A DNA stretch of 64,000 nt from Limisphaerales bacterium (GCA_009773355.1 WRPG01000002.1:64391-128390); one strand, 5' to 3'. Shown: positions 18,943-27,246, counted from the first letter of the stretch. Numbers and translations are program-made. Notes: generated by a model from the letters alone, not told the origin.

Positions 18943-19356
18943 ATGAATTGGCCGCTGCTGCATCAAGCGGTTCGATTTGGAGTCGTGGGCTTGATGGGGG
19001 TGGGGATTGACATGGGTTCTTTGGCGCTCCTGCAGAAGCTCGGCTGGATTGAAAGCCACTTGGTTGCCTGCAAAATCGCGGCTGCGGAATTGGCATTGCT
19101 GTTTAACTTTTTTTGGAACGAACACTGGGTGTTTCGGGAGATTAACCCTGCTGGGTTTTCGCGCGGTTGGGAAAAACGGCTGGTATGGTTTCAGGTTGTG
19201 TGCGGATTTGGCTTGGTAGGGTGCGCGTTGCTACTGCGATTGTTTCATCAGGGATGGGGCTGGAATCTCTGGCTGGCCAATCTTATCGCTATCATCATCG
19301 CTGCTGGCTGGAACTTCACGCTTGCGCGTATAGCGTGGGTCTTGCCGAAGCGGTGA
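18943..19356 (+). CDS. GtrA-family membrane protein
   Basis: MNWPLLHQAVRFGVVGLMGVGIDMGSLALL.. and ..LLFNFFWNEHWVF..AAGWNFTLARIAWV, with four TM helices. The track start at 18778 is an extension over the remnant. Confidence 0.75.
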   Translation: MNWPLLHQAVRFGVVGLMGVGIDMGSLALLQKLGWIESHLVACKIAAAELALLFNFFWNEHWVFREINPAGFSRGWEKRLVWFQVVCGFGLVGCALLLRLFHQGWGWNLWLANLIAIIIAAGWNFTLARIAWVLPKR

Positions 19357-19706
19357 ATTCTGCCAATTCCTCCACCTTTCGCCATCGCATTGACCCTGTC
19401 ACCGCCGCTTGCATGAGCACGATGACGATGTTCGGCCGGTGTGGCAACGGCAGGGCGAACCACGAATCGCCCTCGGTCAATATTACGAGCTTGCTTGGGT
19501 CTGCGGCGAGTTTTCTTGATGTATTCATCGACCTTAGATTGTGGCGGTGGCATTTTGGGCATAGGTTGGAGTGGATTTCGAGTGATGCTACGCATTTGAA
19601 CCCAAACGTCAATTCCGCTGTGATTTCTACGATCTACATACATGATATGTAGGGGCTACCGCCCGTCACCACCCCATTTCCACGGCTTAACCGCCGCCCA
19701 CTACCT

Positions 19707-19861
19707 CCCCCAACGTGTCGTCGGCTACCGCCCGACTTATCTCTTTCTCCCTCCGTTCCTCCGGGCTAGCCGGCTAAAGGACATCTACCCGTTGTCCTTT
19801 AGCAAAAAGAGATAAGTCGGGCGGCCACGAACTATCGTTCTAGCCTACGACACGTTGGGGG
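19707..19861. repeat. nested inverted repeat of about 155 bp (candidate oriT, recombination site or structured RNA)
   Basis: CCCCCAACGTGTCGT (19707-19721) pairs with ACGACACGTTGGGGG (19847-19861). CCGCCCGACTTATCTCTTT (19728-19746) pairs with AAAGAGATAAGTCGGGCGG (19806-19824). Inner hairpin AAAGGACA/TGTCCTTT (19776-19800). GGCTAGCC palindrome at 19764-19771. Confidence 0.6.
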
Positions 19862-20055
19862 ACGGGTTTTAGAAGAAGGCGCTATCGCACCAACCACCCG
19901 CCCGCTATCGCGACCGGCTCGCCCGAAGGCGGAATCACCACGGGTGTTACCGGGTGAACACGACCGTCCAGCCCCGCAAAATCCTCAGATTTAGGAGAAA
20001 GAGTCGCCCCGAATGGGGCAGTTGCGAAGAGCCGCGCCCACTGGCGCGTCCGTTT

Positions 20056-20071
20056 TTGCCTGAGTTGGCAA
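20056..20071. promoter_or_regulatory. TTGCCT-N4-TGGCAA variant of the island palindrome
   Basis: TTGCCTGAGTTGGCAA, 212 nt upstream of the ATPase ATG at 20283. Same 16-nt geometry as the other sites. Confidence 0.35.
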
Positions 20072-20282
20072 GTTTCCGCGTCTGGATGGGAATCCCGTCT
20101 CCGCATATCCTGTGAGCGAAAGCCTCCCCATTCGGATTTCAAAACCAGCCGCCATTACCTCACCGGCCTGTCCCCAAACACTCTGCCGGCGTTTGCGCAC
20201 TTCGACTACACGCCACCACGGAAGGAAGTTCAACGACACGGGCACTTCCTCCGTGACCGGAGTGGCGGCTGGTTTTGCAACC

Positions 20283-21617
20283 ATGAAAGACGAACCCCGT
20301 ATCACCATTGGCGAGCGCGAAGGCTGGGGGGAACTCCGGCTTTTTGACATTTCTGTCGCCGACCAGCGCCAGCATATTTACATCATCGGGAAAACGGGAT
20401 CGGGCAAGACGACTCTATTACGAAATCTCATCGTGCAGCACATCGCCCTGGGGCATGGCGTTGGATTGATTGACCCTCACGGGGATTTAGCCGAGGAACT
20501 GTTGCACCACATTCCGCCCAAGCGCGCTGACCATCTGGTGTATTTCAATCCTGGAGACATTGAGTTTCCCATCGGCCTAAACTTGCTCGCCAATGTCGCA
20601 CCCGAAGACCGGCACCTGGTGGCGTCCGGCATTGTGGGCGCGTTCAAGGGCATCTGGCGTGAGTCCTGGGGTCCGCGTTTGGAATACATCCTCTACAACG
20701 CCGTCTCGGCGCTCCTTGATTGCCGGAACGCCACTCTCTTGGGCGTCAACCGAATGCTCACCGATGACACCTTCCGGGCGAAGGTGGTTCGGCAAATCAA
20801 AGACCCGTTTATCCGGGCGTTTTGGGCGGAGGAATATGCGGGCTACGACGAGCGGTTCAAGCGCGAGGCCATCGCGCCGATTCAGAACAAGCTCGGCCAG
20901 TTCCTTTTGAATCCGGTGGCTCGGAACATTCTGGGCCAGGTGAAATGCAAGGTGAAGATTCCATTCATCATGGACAACGAGCGGCTGTTCATCGCCAACC
21001 TGTCGAAAGGCCGGCTTGGACATGACAAGGCGAACCTGCTCGGCTCGCTGCTCGTGACCCAATTTCAACTTGGCGCGATGGCGCGGACGAACCGGCCCGA
21101 AGAGGAACGCCGCGATTTCTACCTGTTCATCGACGAGTTCCAGAATTTTTCCACCGACGCCTTTGCCTCGATTCTGGCGGAAGCGCGCAAGTATCGCCTG
21201 TGCATTTCTCTCTCGCACCAATACATTGACCAGCTTCCGCTGCCCGTCCGGCAGGCGGTGTTCGGCAACGTGGGAACGCTGATTGCCTTTCGCATCGGCA
21301 ATACCGATGCCGAGGTGATGGAAAAGGAGTTTGGCAACGCAATCCCCGCGAGCGCGCTCGTTGATCTGAATCGTTACGAGGCGGTGGTGAAGCTGCTTGA
21401 AGACGGCAGCAATCGGGAACCGTTCCGCGCGAGGATGCTGCCACCGCTGGAAAACCGCATTGGCCGGAAGGACAAGCTCATTGCCCGGTCACGGGAGCGG
21501 TTTGCCATGACGCGCGCGAAGATTGAGGACAAGTTGAAGCGGTGGATGGTGTCGGCCGAGCCAAAAAAGAAGAGGCAAGCTAATTGGATGCACCTTAAGA
21601 AGTATCACATTTTGTGA
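20283..21617 (+). CDS. TraD/VirD4/HerA-type P-loop ATPase without TM domain (coupling-protein-like)
   Basis: Walker A IIGKTGSGKTT. Walker B LFIDEFQNF. ARKYRLCISLSHQYIDQL and VGTLIAFRIGNTDAEVMEKEF. Paralogous to the core of 39195-42275. ATG at 20283 is preferred, because the upstream extension is non-coding-like and highly structured. Confidence 0.8.
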   Translation: MKDEPRITIGEREGWGELRLFDISVADQRQHIYIIGKTGSGKTTLLRNLIVQHIALGHGVGLIDPHGDLAEELLHHIPPKRADHLVYFNPGDIEFPIGLNLLANVAPEDRHLVASGIVGAFKGIWRESWGPRLEYILYNAVSALLDCRNATLLGVNRMLTDDTFRAKVVRQIKDPFIRAFWAEEYAGYDERFKREAIAPIQNKLGQFLLNPVARNILGQVKCKVKIPFIMDNERLFIANLSKGRLGHDKANLLGSLLVTQFQLGAMARTNRPEEERRDFYLFIDEFQNFSTDAFASILAEARKYRLCISLSHQYIDQLPLPVRQAVFGNVGTLIAFRIGNTDAEVMEKEFGNAIPASALVDLNRYEAVVKLLEDGSNREPFRARMLPPLENRIGRKDKLIARSRERFAMTRAKIEDKLKRWMVSAEPKKKRQANWMHLKKYHIL

Positions 21618-21662
21618 CATTTCAAGCTTTATGTCGTATTTTTTCGATCTACAATCTCACGT

Positions 21663-23138
21663 ATGGCTTTCAAATACTCACTTTTAATCGGCGTGGAGAA
21701 GTTTATCGATCCAAAGATTCCCAACGTTGGCCACGCCCAAAAGGACGCGGAGGCTTTGGCCGCAGTCTTGACAAAGATTGGCTATTCGCAAAGCGAGCAG
21801 ACTATCTTGGTGAACGAAAAGGCAACATGCACAAACGTCAAATACAATTTGAAGCAGATACTACGTTGCGCGAAGCCAGAGGATAGCATCCTCATTTTCT
21901 TTTCGAGTCACGGCTATTCCAACGGCGGAAAAACGTATCTTGTGTGCTACGACACACGTCAAGGTGACATGATCGGAACTTCAGAATCCTTGGAAGAAGT
22001 CTTTGCGCTATTGCGGACGACAGAAAGTAAACAAGTGCTTCTTTTCTTGGATTGCTGCCACGCAGGTTTGCAGTTTCCAGAGGGTGAAAAGAGTCTGTTA
22101 GCAACAATGACTTATGATGAAGTTCAAGAGTTCTTTAGTCAAAGCGAATACCGCGCTGCCTTCGCTTCGTGTAAGGATTCAGAAAAGTCTTACTGGTCTG
22201 ACGTTCTTGAGCACGGTGTCTGGACACATGTTCTTATTCAGGCCCTGGAAGGCAAAGAAAAAAGGATCTTAGAGGAAAAACGATACCTTCGTGCTGCCAA
22301 TTTGCAGGACTATCTCGCAAAGGCCGTCCCGGAACAATTGCGAATAGTGTTCTCGGAAAGGCGAACGCAGACGCCAATTCTTTTCGGCTCACTGAACAAT
22401 AATTTTCTTGTTGCGGATTTAGGCCCGCTCTTGGCGAAAGAAATATCTGAAACCGGAAATCAGGATTTTCCAGTAAAAGATTCCACATTCCGTAATGTTG
22501 AACGTGGTTCCGTAAAAAACTTAAGCGGTTTCGTAAAAGGACACAAAGTCCTTCCATATAAAAGCGCCGCCACGGAATCTTTTGTTCAAAACATTGGAGC
22601 TCCTGATGTAGAAGAAAAGGCCAATGAGCTATATGATCGGATTAAGAGCACGTTCGCTTATATTCGCAAAGATGTTAGCGTCTCCACGTCGGGGGCAAGT
22701 GCAAGTATCCGGGCAAAAGATTTCAATGTGGACTTTGAGCTTAAACAGAGCGCATCTGATCCAACTGAATACGTTTTAACCACTGAAGTCTCACACTTTT
22801 CGAGCCCCGCGATTGTTCATGCGGACACATTTAATGAAGTTTTCCAAGGAAATGTATCAACCCTCCGTATTGAGTTTCAGAACTCGCGAAATGTTGCGGA
22901 GTTTATTGATAAGATTGAAGAAACGCAAAACGAGGCGATTACGATCAATTCTTACCCGCCCGATAATTCTTTTTGTAAGTTCACAGTGGAGGGCGTATCG
23001 GCATCATTCGTTTTACACGCCAAACATTTGGATGTTAAACTGCCAGGAAAGCCTCCACGAGACATGGTTGAAGCACTGATTCAAGCAGGCAAAGTGTTGC
23101 TTCTGGATGACACAACGCCGAAGTTACTGACGCCGTGA
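21663..23138 (+). CDS. caspase-fold (peptidase C14-like) protease with an uncharacterised C-terminal domain of about 270 aa
   Basis: LLIGVEKF..AQKDAEALAAVL. His motif ILIFFSSHGY (H83). Cys motif LLFLDCCHAG (C131/C132). Markedly AT-richer than both neighbours. Confidence 0.7.
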   Translation: MAFKYSLLIGVEKFIDPKIPNVGHAQKDAEALAAVLTKIGYSQSEQTILVNEKATCTNVKYNLKQILRCAKPEDSILIFFSSHGYSNGGKTYLVCYDTRQGDMIGTSESLEEVFALLRTTESKQVLLFLDCCHAGLQFPEGEKSLLATMTYDEVQEFFSQSEYRAAFASCKDSEKSYWSDVLEHGVWTHVLIQALEGKEKRILEEKRYLRAANLQDYLAKAVPEQLRIVFSERRTQTPILFGSLNNNFLVADLGPLLAKEISETGNQDFPVKDSTFRNVERGSVKNLSGFVKGHKVLPYKSAATESFVQNIGAPDVEEKANELYDRIKSTFAYIRKDVSVSTSGASASIRAKDFNVDFELKQSASDPTEYVLTTEVSHFSSPAIVHADTFNEVFQGNVSTLRIEFQNSRNVAEFIDKIEETQNEAITINSYPPDNSFCKFTVEGVSASFVLHAKHLDVKLPGKPPRDMVEALIQAGKVLLLDDTTPKLLTP

Positions 23139-23241
23139 GTGCTATGATTTAACAGCAGCCGTGAGAACTTCCAGCAAACTTGCCCAAAAGCGCAAACCCT
23201 GACGCCTTCTTTGCCAGCCTGACTTTCGGCAAAGTGGAGGG

Positions 23242-24144
23242 ATGGAATCCCGCCTTCCCCGGTTCAAGCGTGTCCACACGGTAGTTCCCATCGAACTAAC
23301 CGACCGCGACCACCACATCATCCGGCTCGTCCGCCGGTATCGCTTTCTGCGTTCCAAACAAATCTCGGCTCTTGTGGGCGGCAGTCCGCAGCAGCTTTTG
23401 CGACGATTGAAGCTGCTCTACCACCACGGCTTTTTAGAACGCCCCCGCTGCCAGATTGATTATTACCACCAGCCCGGCTCCCGCAGCATCGCCTACGGGT
23501 TAGGGAATAAAGGAGGAGCGTTGTTGAAGCAGGAACTCCGCATTGCCGTGCGTCCCGCTTCTTGGGGTGAGAAGAACCGCGCAGTTGGCCGGATGTTCCT
23601 TGAGCACGCGCTTTTGGTTTCCGACGTGATGGTGACAATTGAACTGGCCTGCCGTAAACGAGGGATTCGACTCGTCACCGAGAGAGAACTTGCGCTTCCC
23701 GGCCAGCGCCAACCGTTCCAATGGAGGGTGAACATACACAGTCGGTTGAAACTTGGCGTCATCCCGGATCGCGTGTTCGCCCTGGAATTTCCCGACACCA
23801 GCGGCCAGACCCAGCGCGTGCATTTCTTCCTCGAAGCCGACCGGGGCACCATGCCGGTGACACGCCGCAATCTTTCCCAGACTTCGTTCCGCCGCAAGCT
23901 CCTCGCGTATGAGGCGACCTGGACACAAAACCTGCATCATACCCGTTTTGGTTTCCATCGCTTCCGGGTGCTCACGGTCACCACGAGTGCCGCGCGGGTG
24001 AAATCGCTGGTAGCAGCGTGTTCACAATTGGAGCGTGGACACGGCCTCTTTCTGTTTGCCGACCGAACAATTTTGTCGGGCGATATATTTTCTTCGACCT
24101 GGCAGACCGGCAAGCCGGGTGAGGCAGGCAGTTTGCTCGATTAG
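23242..24144 (+). CDS. replication-relaxation (Replic_Relax) family protein
   Basis: LTDRDHHIIRLVRRYRFLRSKQISALVGGSPQQLLRRLKLLYHHGFLERP is a winged-helix N-terminus typical of the family. ..FFLEADRGTM.. Context with a TraD-like ATPase. Confidence 0.7.
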   Translation: MESRLPRFKRVHTVVPIELTDRDHHIIRLVRRYRFLRSKQISALVGGSPQQLLRRLKLLYHHGFLERPRCQIDYYHQPGSRSIAYGLGNKGGALLKQELRIAVRPASWGEKNRAVGRMFLEHALLVSDVMVTIELACRKRGIRLVTERELALPGQRQPFQWRVNIHSRLKLGVIPDRVFALEFPDTSGQTQRVHFFLEADRGTMPVTRRNLSQTSFRRKLLAYEATWTQNLHHTRFGFHRFRVLTVTTSAARVKSLVAACSQLERGHGLFLFADRTILSGDIFSSTWQTGKPGEAGSLLD

Positions 24145-24149
24145 GCTGC

Positions 24150-24165
24150 TTGCCCGGAACGGCAA
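24150..24165. promoter_or_regulatory. TTGCCC-N4-CGGCAA variant of the island palindrome
   Basis: TTGCCCGGAACGGCAA, 106 nt upstream of the primase ATG. The downstream flank resembles the 63-nt repeat. Confidence 0.35.
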
Positions 24166-24270
24166 ACCTTCCCCTCTGGTGGGTTTGAGCCGGGGCGGTA
24201 GGATGCTCGGTGGAGTCGGTTCAATTCTTGAGCCGCACAGTTCATCACAACCCAAAACCACAGGAGCACT

Positions 24271-25305
24271 ATGTCGAAATCAAAGTTCGTTGACTTCAGG
24301 GCCGTCAAAGCGGCCATCACCATGGAACAGGTGCTTGAGCACTACGGCCTGCTTTCCAAGTTCAAACGGAGCGGAGACAGCTTGAGCGGTCCCTGTCCGA
24401 TTCACAAAGGCAACAACCCGACACAGTTCCGGGTGAGCACCAGCAAGAACGTCTGGAACTGCTTTTCGGAATGCAAACACGGTGGCAACACCCTGGACTT
24501 CATTGCCCGGATGGACGACGTGAGCATTCTCGCGGCGGCCAACAAGGCCATTGAATGGTTTCAGCTCGATCCCGAAGCCATGTCAGGGGATTCCGAAGCC
24601 GAAGGCAGGGAGCCGAGTGAAGCGCCGAAGGCCGGGGATGTTCCCCGACCGAAGCCAGCCGCAAAACCGGCATCGGTTCAAGAGAACGGAACGCCCAACA
24701 AGCCGTTGCAGTTCCGGCTCGACAAGCTTGAGCGCACGCATCCCTACCTGACCGAGCGCGGCCTCACGCCGGAAACCATCGTGGACTTTGGCGTCGGCTT
24801 TTGTGCCAAGGGCATGATGGCCAATCTCATTGCCATTCCGATACACAACGTCGAGGGCAAGGTCGTGGCGTATGCCGGACGCTGGCCGGGTGAACCCGCC
24901 GAGGACAACCCGAAATACAAACTCCCACCCGGTTTCCGAAAATCGTTGGAGTTGTTCAATCTTGACCGGGCCTGCAAGGAATCACCCGACAAGCCGCTCG
25001 TCATCGTCGAAAGATTCTTCGGCGCGATGAAATTGCATCAGCACGGCTACCGTAAGGTGGTGGCCCTCATGGGCAGCACCCTGTCCGCCGCGCAGGAGGA
25101 GTTGATTCGCCGACACACCGACAGCAACAGCCAGGTCATCGTCATGCTCGACGAGGACGAGGCGGGCCACGCGGGGCGAGAGGACATCGCCGTGCGCTTG
25201 TCCCAGTTCGTCTTCGTGAAGGTTCACGCGTTCGAGAAGGAAGGAATGCAGCCGGAGCACCTGAGCGCCGAGGAAGTGCAGCAACTCATCGGAGGTGTCC
25301 TGTGA
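24271..25305 (+). CDS. DNA primase-like protein (CHC2 zinc finger plus Toprim)
   Basis: CPIHKGNNPTQFRVSTSKNVWNCFSECKHGGNTLDFI is a CHC2 finger. Toprim motifs: VIVERFFGAMKL .. VALMGSTLS .. VIVMLDEDEAGHAG. Confidence 0.8.
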   Translation: MSKSKFVDFRAVKAAITMEQVLEHYGLLSKFKRSGDSLSGPCPIHKGNNPTQFRVSTSKNVWNCFSECKHGGNTLDFIARMDDVSILAAANKAIEWFQLDPEAMSGDSEAEGREPSEAPKAGDVPRPKPAAKPASVQENGTPNKPLQFRLDKLERTHPYLTERGLTPETIVDFGVGFCAKGMMANLIAIPIHNVEGKVVAYAGRWPGEPAEDNPKYKLPPGFRKSLELFNLDRACKESPDKPLVIVERFFGAMKLHQHGYRKVVALMGSTLSAAQEELIRRHTDSNSQVIVMLDEDEAGHAGREDIAVRLSQFVFVKVHAFEKEGMQPEHLSAEEVQQLIGGVL

Positions 25306-25628
25306 AGCGGTATGAAGGACGCCGCGAAGGGTTTGCCGTCATCGTCACGGTGGATGGCCGCCGGCTTAATCCCCGGCGCGACCTATGGAATCACAGTCCG
25401 AGCGGATTCGAGTGGGGCTATTGCGGCAGTGGCCCGGCCCAACTGGCCCTGGCGCTCCTGGCCGACCATTGCGGCAACGACGAGCAGGCGTTGAACTTCT
25501 ACCAGCGCTTCAAATGGGCGGTGGTCGTTGAATTGCCGGTGCGTCACTGGTCCTTGACCAGCGCGGGGATCGAGCTCGTGCTGCAAAGCTTGCGGGCGGC
25601 GGAACCGCTGCTGGAGGGCGTGCCATGA
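25302..25628 (+). CDS. DUF6166-like small protein
   Basis: SPSGFEWGYCGSGPAQLALALLADHCG motif. 4-nt overlap with the primase gene. Confidence 0.55.
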   Translation: MKRYEGRREGFAVIVTVDGRRLNPRRDLWNHSPSGFEWGYCGSGPAQLALALLADHCGNDEQALNFYQRFKWAVVVELPVRHWSLTSAGIELVLQSLRAAEPLLEGVP

Positions 25629-25921
25629 GCACACGGAAGCCACCCCGCGGTTTCGTTGACCCGAATCAAACTGAGTTCGGCATCCTCTGGCAGCCCTTGA
25701 GTCATCCGTTCCGGCTGCGGGCCGGGGACTTCATCCGGTTCAACGGCCGGCTCTGCTACGTGGTTCGCGTCAACGAGTGCGCGGCGGTGGTCATCATGAA
25801 CCGGCCGGTGCGTGATTTCAAAACACGCTTTGACAAGCCGGTTCGTTTCCAACCGCCGCCAAAGTTGTTCCGCATCTCACCGCAATCCGAAGTCCAAATC
25901 CTTAACCGCAAGGTAAAGTAA
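25625..25921 (+). CDS. hypothetical protein
   Basis: ATGA overlap with the upstream gene. Followed by a terminator-like hairpin. Confidence 0.45.
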   Translation: MSTRKPPRGFVDPNQTEFGILWQPLSHPFRLRAGDFIRFNGRLCYVVRVNECAAVVIMNRPVRDFKTRFDKPVRFQPPPKLFRISPQSEVQILNRKVK

Positions 25922-25929
25922 TCACACAA

Positions 25930-25959
25930 GGGCGATCCATCACGGTTCGCTCTTTTTTT
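25930..25959 (+). terminator. imperfect hairpin plus T-tract
   Basis: GGGCGATCC-atcac-GGTTCGCTC followed by TTTTTTT. Confidence 0.5.
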
Positions 25960-25966
25960 CTTGCCT

Positions 25967-26029
25967 GCCGCCTCCGGCAAAGCTGCCCGTCTTCATCGAA
26001 ACGGCGCGGGGACCTACGCTTCAAGGTGG
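25967..26029 (+). promoter_or_regulatory. copy 1 of a 63-nt repeated promoter/leader element
   Basis: GCCGCCTCCGGCAAAGCTGCCCGTCTTCATCGAAACGGCGCGGGGACCTACGCTTCAAGGTGG. 40 nt upstream of the ATG at 26070. Confidence 0.6.
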
Positions 26030-26069
26030 ATAGTTCTTCACAAACCAACCACCAACAGAAAGGAAAAAC

Positions 26070-27143
26070 ATGAGTGCAGTTATGGCAGCACCAGAGCGGG
26101 TCAGTTTGTATTACCGCGAAGGATCATCGGACAAGGTGTATCAGGCCGCGATTGAACCGGCAGGTGAATTGTTCGTTGTCAACTTCGCCTACGGTCGGCG
26201 TGGCTCGACGCTCACGACCGGGACGAAGACGGCTTCACCCGTGGATTACGGCACGGCGAAGCGGATCTTCACCAAACTGGTCAACGAAAAGAAAGCCAAG
26301 GGTTACACCGAAGGCGAGAACGGCACGCCGTATCAGCACACCGACAAGCAAGCGTCGGGGATATTGCCCCAGTTGCTCAATCCCATCGAGGAAGCCGGCG
26401 TGGAGAGGCTGCTGCATGATGATGATTATTGCGCGCAGGAGAAATTCGACGGGCGGCATCTCCTCGTCCGCAAGCAGGACGAGCACCTCGAAGGCATCAA
26501 CAAGAAGGGATTGCTCATCGGATTGCCGGAGACCGTGTCAAACGACCTCCGCAAGCTGCCCGGCAGTTTCATTCCCGATGGTGAATCCGTCGGTGATGAT
26601 TATCACGTCTTCGACCTGCTTGAACTGAACGGTGAAAACGTGCGGCCATTGCCGTATCGGACCCGGCTCGCGCGGCTGGTGAACCTGTTTTCGTTCCGCA
26701 CGCAGCATCCTCATGTCCGATTGGTCGAGACCGCGTTCACGACCGAGCGGAAGACCGCACTGTGGCAGCGGTTGCGGCGGGAGAACCGCGAGGGCATCGT
26801 CTTCAAACGCTTGGATGCGCCCTACACGCCGGGCAAGCCTAGCAGCGGCGGAGCGCAGTTGAAATTCAAGTTCGTCGCCACGCTGTCGGCGATTGTTGCC
26901 AAGGTGAACACCCGGCGCAGCGTGGAAATCAGCCTGCTCCAAGGCAGAAACCTGATTTCGTGCGGCAACGTCACCATCCCGGCCAATCACGACATTCCCA
27001 AAGTCGGTGCGGTCGTGGAAGTGCGCTTTCTCTACGCCCATCGCGAGAGTCACGCCCTCTATCAGCCGGTGTATCTCGGGCCGCGTGATGATGTGGAAGC
27101 CGGTGAGTGTCTGGCCGCTCAGCTCAAATACAAGGCAGAGTAA
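26070..27143 (+). CDS. WGR-domain / ATP-dependent DNA ligase fusion
   Basis: WGR: VSLYYREGSSDKVYQAAIEPAGELFVVNFAYGRRGS..AKRIFTKLVNEKKAKGYTE. Ligase motif I EKFDGRH. EGIVFKRLDAPYTPGK..LKFK (motifs IV/V). OB-like C-terminus. Confidence 0.8.
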   Translation: MSAVMAAPERVSLYYREGSSDKVYQAAIEPAGELFVVNFAYGRRGSTLTTGTKTASPVDYGTAKRIFTKLVNEKKAKGYTEGENGTPYQHTDKQASGILPQLLNPIEEAGVERLLHDDDYCAQEKFDGRHLLVRKQDEHLEGINKKGLLIGLPETVSNDLRKLPGSFIPDGESVGDDYHVFDLLELNGENVRPLPYRTRLARLVNLFSFRTQHPHVRLVETAFTTERKTALWQRLRRENREGIVFKRLDAPYTPGKPSSGGAQLKFKFVATLSAIVAKVNTRRSVEISLLQGRNLISCGNVTIPANHDIPKVGAVVEVRFLYAHRESHALYQPVYLGPRDDVEAGECLAAQLKYKAE

Positions 27144-27151
27144 CAACACAA

Positions 27152-27179
27152 GGGCGATCCAATTGGATCGCCCTTTTTT
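27152..27179 (+). terminator. rho-independent terminator
   Basis: Perfect GGGCGATCCAATTGGATCGCCC followed by TTTTTT. Confidence 0.75.
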
Positions 27180-27183
27180 GTTT

Positions 27184-27246
27184 GCCGCCTCCGGCAAAGC
27201 TGCCCGTCTTCATCGAAACGGCGCGGGGACATACGATTCAGGGTGG
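27184..27246 (+). promoter_or_regulatory. copy 2 of the 63-nt repeated element
   Basis: Identical to copy 3 and 3 mismatches from copy 1. Perfect TTGCCGCCTCCGGCAA at 27182-27197. 51 nt upstream of the ATG at 27298. Confidence 0.6.

Noticed and set aside
19316-19612. Minus-strand ORF (98 aa; ..KLVILTEGDSWFALP..), possibly an SGNH/GDSL-like fragment.
   Set aside because: It overlaps the GtrA 3' end and has only one weak GDS-like motif. Neighbouring frames also contain fragmentary ORFs. It is most likely non-coding or decayed sequence.
20056-20075. TGGCAA / TTGCC motifs as sigma54 (-24/-12) promoters.
   Set aside because: The GG-to-GC spacing in the sites (for example GGCAAAGCTGC and GGCAAGTTTCCGC) does not match the fixed TGGCAC-N5-TTGC geometry. 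No bEBP is encoded nearby. The palindromic operator reading fits better.
20112-20282. The track start at 20112 for the ATPase (57 extra N-terminal residues).
   Set aside because: The extension is Ser/Thr/Arg/Pro-rich and overlaps the long-range stem structures. Conserved sequence begins near MKDEPRITIGE, so the ATG at 20283 was preferred, though not proven.
19650-20283. Retron msr/msd or group II intron RNA explaining the nested inverted repeat.
   Set aside because: No reverse-transcriptase ORF exists anywhere in the window. No intron domain V/VI-like consensus was recognisable by eye. The possibility of a structured RNA is kept only as an alternative in the finding.
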